From Octopus sinensis (taxonomy: Eukaryota), in assembly GCF_006345805.1 (NCBI RefSeq), contig NC_043025.1, forward strand, positions 14,508,001-14,572,000: a stretch of DNA of 64,000 nt. Reading direction: 5' to 3'. Position 1 is the stretch's first letter, and the number at the start of each line of letters is the position of its first letter. The position numbers and the translations under genes were made by a program. The notes beneath the pieces are model-generated. The model was not told where the DNA came from. It saw nothing but the letters and a program-made list of their open reading frames with translations, and did not search any database. This document shows, piece by piece, positions 53,546 to 64,000 of this stretch.

Positions 53546-55112
53546 TATTCTTTTACTTGTTTCAGTCATTTGAACGTGGCCATGCTGGAACACCACCTCT
53601 AGTCGAGCAAATCAACCCCAGGACTTATTCTTTGTAAGCCCAGTAATTATTCTATCGGTCCCTTTTGCCAAACCACTAAATTATAGGGGTGTAAACACAC
53701 CAACAATGGGGAGGGTACAAATACACACACACACATGTAATTATTTGTGTATATATATATATATATATATATACCTGCAAATATAATATGTGACAATTAT
53801 TCGGTAGTCATGATAAAACTCCGAGTTTCGGATGCCCATTACACTCTCGGAATGGTTGGCATTAGGAAAGGCATCCAGCTGTAGAAAACCTGCCAAATGA
53901 GAGTGGAGTCTGGTGCAGCCCCTCAGCTTGCCAGCCCCAGTCAAACCTTCCAACCCATGCAAGCATGGGCAACGAACATTAGATGAAGATGATATATATA
54001 TATATATATATATACTCTTTTACTATTTTACTCTTTTACTTGTTTCAGTCATTTGACTGTGGCCATAGTGGAGCACCGCCTTTAATCGAGCAACTCGACC
54101 CCGGGACTTATTCTTTTGTAAGCCCAGTACTTATTCTATCAGTCTCTTTTACTGAACCGCTAAGTGACGGGGATATAAACACACCTGCATTGGTTGTCAA
54201 TCAATGCTAGGGGGACAAACACAGACAAACAAACATACACGCACATACATATATATATACATATATACGATGGGCTTCTTTCAGTTTCCATCTACCAAAT
54301 CCACTCACAAGGCTTTGGTCGGCCTGAGGCTATAGTAGAAGACACTTGCCCAAGGTGCCACGCAGTGGGACTGAACCCAGAACCATGTGGTTGGTAAACA
54401 AGCTACTTACCACACAGCCACTCCTGCACCTATATATATCTATATAGATAGATATATATTTATAATATATGTATATGTGTGTGTATGTATGTATATATAT
54501 ACATACACATACATATATACATACATACAGATATGTTACATGCATCTGTGCACACACACGTATACATTCACAATCGTCTTTCTATATATATATATACACA
54601 CACACGCACACATTTATACATACATTCACACATGCTGATACAGTGGTTAGTGACTCCATCTTCAGCACATCCTTATTGAATGCTGTCCACACCTGCAGCT
54701 GGCGCCGTCTTACGTGCAGTCGGCACTGTCAGTGCCGCACCGATTTAGCAGGTTTTACGGCTAAGGCTGGCAACACATCGATACACAAGACACGGACCGT
54801 CTGTCTGTGTGTCCGTCCGCCTGGCTTCTTCTCATACACTTCATCTGTGCACGCAGCTGCCGTGCTCTTAGCTGCAAGCCTATGCACAGTTGTGGTGGTG
54901 ATGGTGGCGGCGACGGTGGTGATGGTGGCGGCGACGGTGGTGGTGGTGGTGGTTGTGTGTCGTTGTGATTGGCTGCTGCCAGATTTGTAGATATGCACGG
55001 TTGCCTTGGCGACCAGAGTGAGAACATGTATGCCATGTTTGATGGCGGTGACAGGGGTGGTGGTGGTGTGTGTATGCGCGTGTGCATGCATGTGTGTGCG
55101 TGTGATAGTCTG

Positions 55113-55147
<35 letters not shown>

Positions 55148-56804
55148 ATTGTGACACTGTGGAGCAGGTGGTGTATGTTGGTGGTGGTGTATGTTGCAGT
55201 TGGGATGCTGTTGATGAGGTGGAGGAGGAGGAGAAAGAGGATGAAGTCAGTGATGATGATGATGGTGAGATTGCTAGTGCTGCTGATGATGGTGATGGGG
55301 AAGAAAGATGAGGGCGGTGACAGCGATGGTAAAGACGGTTGTGGCGGTGGTAGTGGTGATGGCTTTGTGTGTGTGATTGTGGTGTTGTGTGGAGCAGGTG
55401 CTGTGTGGTAGTGGTGGCAGTGGTGATTGCATGTGTGTGTGTGAGATGATTAGGATGATGTTGATGATGACAGTGAGGTGGAGAAGATGATGATGATGAT
55501 GGCAATGATGGTGTTGGTCGTAGTGCTGGTGGTAGCTACATGTATTACATTGTGCTTGAGAAGAAGACCCATCAAGCCAAGTAAAACTGCTGTTATGGCA
55601 GATACTAGTGTCACACAAATGGCACCTATGATGGTGACACGTAAAAGCATCCATTACACTCTTGAAGTGGTTGGCATTAGGAAGGGCATCCAGCTGTAGG
55701 AACCATGCCAAATCAGACCTGAGTCTGATGTAGCCTTCCAGCATGCCAGCTCTGGTCAAACCGTCCAGCCCATGCCAGCATGGACAGCGGACGTTAAATG
55801 ATGATCATGATGATGATGATATTTGTGTGAGGGCATGTGGCCTAATGGATAGGGTATTGCGTTCATGATCTCAAGATCATGATTTTGGTTCTTGGACTAA
55901 GCACTGCATTGTGCATTGGAGCAAAACACTTTATCTCTCACTGCTCTGCGATCACTTTGACATCTGACATATGGCACACTTGTGCCGCTGTTCAGGCAAA
56001 GTTGATTTATTGAAGGGAGTGAGTTAATGTAGAGTGCATATGTTTGATCCCTATAAACCAATCCTCTGTGCAGGTGGGTGAGGAAGTAAATCGCTTAACC
56101 CTTTTTCGGTCATCTATCACAGGAGAGTTCACATGAAGGTGCACGGCGTAATGGTTAGGCTGCTGGACTCACGATTGCTAGAACATGGGTTCAATTCCCT
56201 GATTGGGTGGGACAGTGTATTCTTGAGCAAAATACTTCATTTCACATTGCTCCAGTCCCCCTTTGATCACGGGGGGGGGGGATTGTTGGCCTGCTCACCT
56301 GGCTACTGAGGTGATATCATTTGAAGGCTAAATCAATACAAAAAGTGCATTGTGACCAGCAATGTGTAACAATATCTGATAGCCTGGTCAGTCACGTGAT
56401 CACATGATATATACATATCCACATAAATATCCAACAGGCTTCTTTCAGTTTCCGTTTACCAGATCCATTCACAAAGCTTTGGTTCGCCTGAGGCTATAAT
56501 AGAAGACACTTGTCCAAGGTACCATGCAGTGGGACTGAACTCAGAACCATGTGGTTGGGAGACATATATATATATATATATATATAAATATACTCTTTTT
56601 TTACTCTTTTACTTGTTTCAGTCATTTGACTGTGGCCATGCTGGAGCACCGCCTTTAGTCAAGCAAATCGACCCCAGGACTTTGTAAGCCTAGTACTTAT
56701 TCTATCGGTCTCTTTTGCTGAACTGCTAAGTTACGGGGATGTAAAAACACCAGCATCAGTTGTCAAGTGATGTTTGGAGGACAAACACAGACACACAAAC
56801 ATAT

Positions 56805-56862
<58 letters not shown>

Positions 56863-58160
56863 CGCACATATATATACGACAGGCTTCTTTCAGTTTCCAT
56901 CTACCAAATCAATTCACAAGGCTTTGGTTGACCGTGGCTGTACATATATATATGTATGTATGTGTGTGTGTGTGTGCACACACATACAACAGGCTTCTTT
57001 CAGTTTCCATCTCCCAAATCCACTCACAAGGCGTTGGTTGGCTCGGGGCTACAGTAGAAGATACTCATCCAAGGTGCCATGCAGTGGGACTGAACCTGGA
57101 ACCATATGGTTGGGAAGCAAGCTTCTTAACACACAGTCATGCCTACATTTATATATATGTGTGTGTGTGTTTGTAGCTTGTCATTGTCATTATTTTACTG
57201 TCTGTATTTCATTAGTTGGACAATTTGATGGTGTCCAATGCGTCCAAGAACAGCATTGTGCTCCAGTGTCTACTTTGGCCTGGTTTCTGTGGCTGGATGG
57301 CTTTCCTAACACCAAAACTATTTGGCGCTCTGAGTGCGTGAGTGTGTGTGTGTGTGTGTGTGTGTGGTGCACGTATGCACCGACATACACACATCTCTCT
57401 CTCTCTTTCTAGACGGCCAACAACTGATGAGGAGGTTTTTCTCCCTGTTGCTTGTCATGTTTTCCATTTTTTTCTCTCTTGTTCTTTGTGTATTTAAAAC
57501 ATTTGTTTTTGTACTTCATGTTGTTTACACAGTTGGTGACGTCCTGTACTCATATATGCATATATATATATCATCATCATCATTTAATGTCCGTTTTCCA
57601 TGCTAGCATGGGTTGGACAGTTCGACTGGGGTCTGGGAAGCCAGGAGGCTGCACTAGGCTCCAGTCTGATCTGGCAGTGTTTCTACAGCTGGATGCCCTT
57701 CCTAATGCCAACCACTCTGAGTGTAGTGGGTGATTTTTACGTGCCACCAGCACAGGTGCCAGGGGAGGCTGGCAATGGCCACGATTGCCTGGTGCTTTTT
57801 ACGTGCCACCGGCACAGGTATCACAACTACAATTTCCATTTTATTTTTTGATGTTGATGTACTTGACTCAATAGGTCTCCTCAAGCACAGCAGGTCACCC
57901 TACGTTCCAAGGTAAGCACAGCAGGCTGTCCTGCAATCCAAGGTACTTTGGATAGGCTTGGGCTTCTATGTGAAGCTGGTGCAGGAAACCACCATGAACT
58001 CACGTTATTTGTTGGGTCTTCACAGTCACAGCATATCTCCAGAGGTCTCAGTCTTTCGTCATTGCCTATACACACACACACACACACTATATATATATAT
58101 GTATATATATATATTATATATATATATATGTATGTATATATATATATAATATATATATAT

Positions 58161-58348
58161 ATAAATTAGAAAAAAACACCTTTTATCAATTCAAAATTCT
58201 ACCAATTATATACGTTTTTATTATTTTTTTGCAATTTACTTAATCATCGGTATATTATTGTTATTTATTTCTATTATATGTAATTTTCTAGATGATGTAA
58301 TTTAATTGGTCATTTTGAATTGATAAAAGGTGTTTTTTTCTAATTTAT
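58161..58348. repeat. Inverted repeat of an AT-rich dispersed element end
   Basis: ATAAATTAGAAAAAAACACCTTTTATCAATTCAAAAT (58161-58197) and its reverse complement (58312-58348). Related ends lie at about 3627, 5307, 8335 and 31704. Confidence 0.75.
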
Positions 58349-58444
58349 ATATATATATATATTATATTGTGTGAAATTTGAATTAGTATTTCTAAATTGA
58401 TATTTTCCCTGTAAGTTAGGAATAATATTCCCTCATATAATTAT

Positions 58445-58479
<35 letters not shown>

Positions 58480-58523
58480 TGGAAAATGTATGAGATCCGC
58501 AGAACAGTTGGGTATATTTGAAA

Positions 58524-58663
58524 AAAGAAAAAGAATGACTTTGCTGGTAGTTCTAATCAGTTTAATTTATTTTTTTTCATTTTTCAAATTTTTTTATTTA
58601 TATTATTAAAAAACAATGAATTTAAACTGATTAGAACTACCAGCAAAGTCATTCTTTTTCTTT
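58524..58663. repeat. 42-bp perfect inverted repeat with 56-nt spacer
   Basis: AAAGAAAAAGAATGACTTTGCTGGTAGTTCTAATCAGTTTAA (58524-58565) and its reverse complement (58622-58663). Confidence 0.9.
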
Positions 58664-58894
58664 GCACACACATTGTTTAAAGTTTAACAAAAAAACCAGA
58701 GTGCTCAATACATGTTGTAGGGGCTATGGTTTTATATTGAAAGTGAAACAGAAGATACAAAGGAAGGTCTGTTTCTATTTTAATAAAAGCCAATATAGAC
58801 ATACATGCACACGCACACATACAGACACACATGTATATATACATATGTACATATACATATATACAAACATATATACTTGTATATGCATATATGT

Positions 58895-58951
<57 letters not shown>

Positions 58952-59559
58952 TACATAGGTATATATATATACATACATGCATAAATATATACATATATAC
59001 ACACATGCGCATATATAAATACTTATATATATACACACACATACGTTTGTGTGCTTGAGTGTGTGTGTGTCTCTGGGAGAAAAAAAGCTAGGTGGGATGG
59101 TCATAGCTGGAGTGTGTTTTACTGATTAGGTCTGCTGAATTAGGCCTGACCTGGGGTTAAATAACAGCATCATCGCCACCATCATCTCCCACCCACCACT
59201 CCATCTCCTAGGACCACTATCACACACTGCCACCATGTTGCAACCACCACCACCACCACCACCACCAATACCACCACCACCAATCCCACCACTGCCATCT
59301 TTAATAGCCAAGTGTTATCTCCGTCTTCCAGCTGGATAGCATCTCTCTACCAGCACAGCATCTTCCCTGCATCTGTGCGAGTGTGTGTATTTGTGTAGTC
59401 ATGTTTATACATGTGTATATATATATATATATATATATATGCTTGTGAACGCGTGCATATATATGTGTGTGTTGTGTATATGTATATATATATATATATA
59501 TTATTTATATATATATATATATTGTTTATGGCTGTATATATGTGTGTGTGTGTATATAT

Positions 59560-59597
<38 letters not shown>

Positions 59598-60326
59598 CAC
59601 TTGTGTATGTATTTTCATGGTACCATGTCTGTGTGTGAGTGCTCATATGTTTGTGTGTGTATCTATCCTTAATGCTGTGTATATTAAGAATGAGTGTATA
59701 TAGGTATGTGTGTATATATATATATCTACATTATGTATATATATTTGTATTTGTGTTGTACCTTGTATCTGTGAACGTGTATTAGTATATGTGTGTATGC
59801 ATGTGTCTATATATATATATGTGTATTTCCTTTATACTGTGTATATTAAGACAAATGTATGTGGGTGTTTGTGTGTGTGTGTATATATATATATCTTTGT
59901 GTGTGTGTGATCCTTTTATCTGTCTGTGTGAATATATGTATGTTTGTTATATATATATATTTGCATGTATGTGTCATATCATCTTAAAATGCTTTGCATA
60001 TTATGGTGTGTGTGTGTATATTTTCAAGTGGTTGTATGTATGTGTTCATTTATGCTTTATATATGTGTGTGTGTGTGTCTATGGTCAATTCTGTCTCTCC
60101 CCTTGCTCTCCCCTTGCTCTCCCCTCCCATCTCCAATGGCCGATGCTATCTCTAATGTCCAGCCATTCATTCGTTCTTTCTTCAATTATATTCCTCCCAG
60201 TATGTCTTCTTTCCTCATAAAAAATTAATTCGCTCAAGAAATCTCCACTTTGGCAGCATGTCGTTATATATTTACTGATCCCAACTTTGACTAATATACA
60301 CCCGCCTTCATAGATATTTTATACAT

Positions 60327-60362
<36 letters not shown>

Positions 60363-60387
60363 ATCTTTCTCCAAAACCAACTTTTCA

Positions 60388-60434
<47 letters not shown>

Positions 60435-60501
60435 TCCTCTATATATACTATTGTATGCCATCAGATGTCTTATATATAACATATAGTCATGTATGCACAT
60501 G

Positions 60502-60538
<37 letters not shown>

Positions 60539-60931
60539 TCTTTTAATTGTTTCAGTCATTTGACTGCGGCCATGCTGGAGCACTGCCTTCTAGTCAAGTA
60601 AATCGACCCCAGGACTTATTCTTTGTAAGCCTAGTACTTATTCTATCGGTGTCTTTTTGACGAACTGCTAAGTTACGGGGACCTAAACACACCAGCATCG
60701 GTTGTCAAGCGATGTTGGGGGGACAAACACAGACACACAAACATACATACATACACATATATATACATATATACGACGGGCTTCTTCCAATTTCCATCTA
60801 CCAAATCCACTCACAAGGCTTTGGTCGGCCCGAGGCTATAGAAGACACTTGCCCAAGGTGCCACGCAGTGGGACTGAACCCGGAACCATGTGGTTGGTAA
60901 CCAAGCTACTTACCACACAGCCACTCCTATG

Positions 60932-60966
<35 letters not shown>

Positions 60967-61326
60967 ATAGACGTATGTATGTATCTATATATATATTTCT
61001 TTACTACCCACAAGGGGCTAAACACAGAGAAGACAAACAAGGACAGACAAACGGATTAAGTCAATTATATCGACCCCAGTGCTTAACTGGTACTTAATTT
61101 ATCGATCCTGAAAGGATGAAAGGCAAAGTCGACCTCGGCGGAATTTGAACTCAGAACGTAACGGCAGACGAAATACTGCTACGCATTTCGCCTGGCGTGC
61201 TAACATTTCTGCCAGGTGTGTATATATGTATAAATATATATATATATATATACACACATATATTTGTACATATATACACACATACTTCATCATCTTTTGA
61301 GCCTGGGAAAGTGGATTTTAAATGTG

Positions 61327-62801
<1,475 letters not shown>

Positions 62802-63015
62802 TATATATATATATATATATATACACTCATGGAGTGGTTGGTGTTAGGAAAGGCATCCAGCTGTAGAAACACTGCCAGATCAAGATTGGAGCCTGGCGCA
62901 GCCTCCTGGCTTCCCAGACACCGGTCGAACCGTCCAACTCATGCTAGCATGGAAAACGGATGTTAAACGATGATGATGATGAAGATGATGATGATATATA
63001 TATTTATATGTATGT

Positions 63016-63411
63016 ACGAGCAAAACACCCCCTGTCCAATGGACAGTGCTGAGTTGTCAAACATTTAAACCAAATTTTCTTAAAACAACTTGTCCGACCG
63101 TCCCATAGGCTTCCCCTTTGAGAAACACTGATTTAACCTAAATTTGAGACACCAGCAAAAGAAGAAATAAAGATAGACTTCTTTTCTATTCCAAAGAAAA
63201 ACGATTTTATTGCGTGTACAAATGCACGTTGCCACGGCTTTATCGATCGCATCCTCACCTGGAATCGATTTTTGTAATTTTTTCAAGACTTATACACACC
63301 CTGATACAGTCGGTATCTACATATCAATTTTGAGCGCAATCGGATGGAGGATGCCCAAGATCCTAGAAGACACACGCACAGACAGACAGAACGGATTTTA
63401 TATGAGATATA
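63016..63411 (-). mobile_element. Possible short Helitron-like element
   Basis: The minus strand begins TCTCATATAAAATCCGTTCTGTCTGTCTG and ends in the hairpin CTGTCCATTGGACAG followed by TTTTGCTCG (degenerate CTAG). Confidence 0.45.
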
Positions 63412-64000
63412 TACGATGGGCTTCTTCCTGTTTCCACCTACCAAATCCACCCACAAGGATTTAGTTGGTCCAGAAGGTAAAGTAGTAGAATCATGTGTGA
63501 CACCTTGGGCAAGTGTCTTTCTCTATAGCCTTGGAGGTGGTGGATGGAAACTGAAAGAAGCTTGTCATCTATGTGTGTGTGTGGTGTTTACTTGACGTCG
63601 TGTGATAGTTGTAAACAAGTGTCTCTGTTGCACAAGCACTGTTGTTTATTTCTTCGGACCTCACAGAGGCAAGGCTGAGTTCCTTTCGAGCATTGGGCCT
63701 CATGGATGTAAAGTGGCTGAGCTCCTTTTGAGTGTTGGGCCTCATGGAGGCAGTGACCAAGACCTTTGGCATTATGTCATGCTTGAGAAGAAGACCCGGC
63801 AAGCTGAGCAAAATTGCAGTCATGGCAGAGACCGGTGTCACGCAAATGGTACCCGCAGCAGTGGCATGTAAAAGCACCCATTACATTCTCGAGGTGGTTG
63901 GCATTAAGAAGGGCATCCAGTCATAGAAAATCATACCAAATCAGACAGGAATTTGGTGCAGCCTTCCGGCATGCCAGCCCAGTCAAACCGTCCAACCCAT

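Overview
Eukaryotic, AT-rich, repeat-saturated DNA, most consistent with a coleoid cephalopod (Octopus-type tRNA-derived SINEs, dense TA/CA/TATG microsatellites); this assignment is by recognition only. Almost all ORFs in the track are microsatellite or SINE artefacts. The real content is: (1) one convincing host exon (41081-41285, +) whose peptide starts MPDSPDFK..LSPP and resembles the N-terminus of CBFA2T/MTG8/nervy, with a possible non-coding first exon near 9.9-10.05 kb, so most of the window is probably intron; (2) decayed transposons: Tc1, three mariners (one nested), Helitrons, hAT and TA-flanked MITEs, and CR1-like, RTE and R4/Dong-like LINE fragments, plus at least four SINE families; (3) the most interesting signal, several AT-rich Penelope-like terminal fragments carrying minimal type-I hammerhead ribozyme motifs, three of them as long fold-back palindromes with a sense and an antisense hammerhead, plus a repeated variant with a non-canonical core; (4) a 3' stem-loop tail shared by the CR1-like LINE, the dominant SINE and a third tiny insertion. 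Repeat coordinates were read by eye and are approximate unless termini are quoted.
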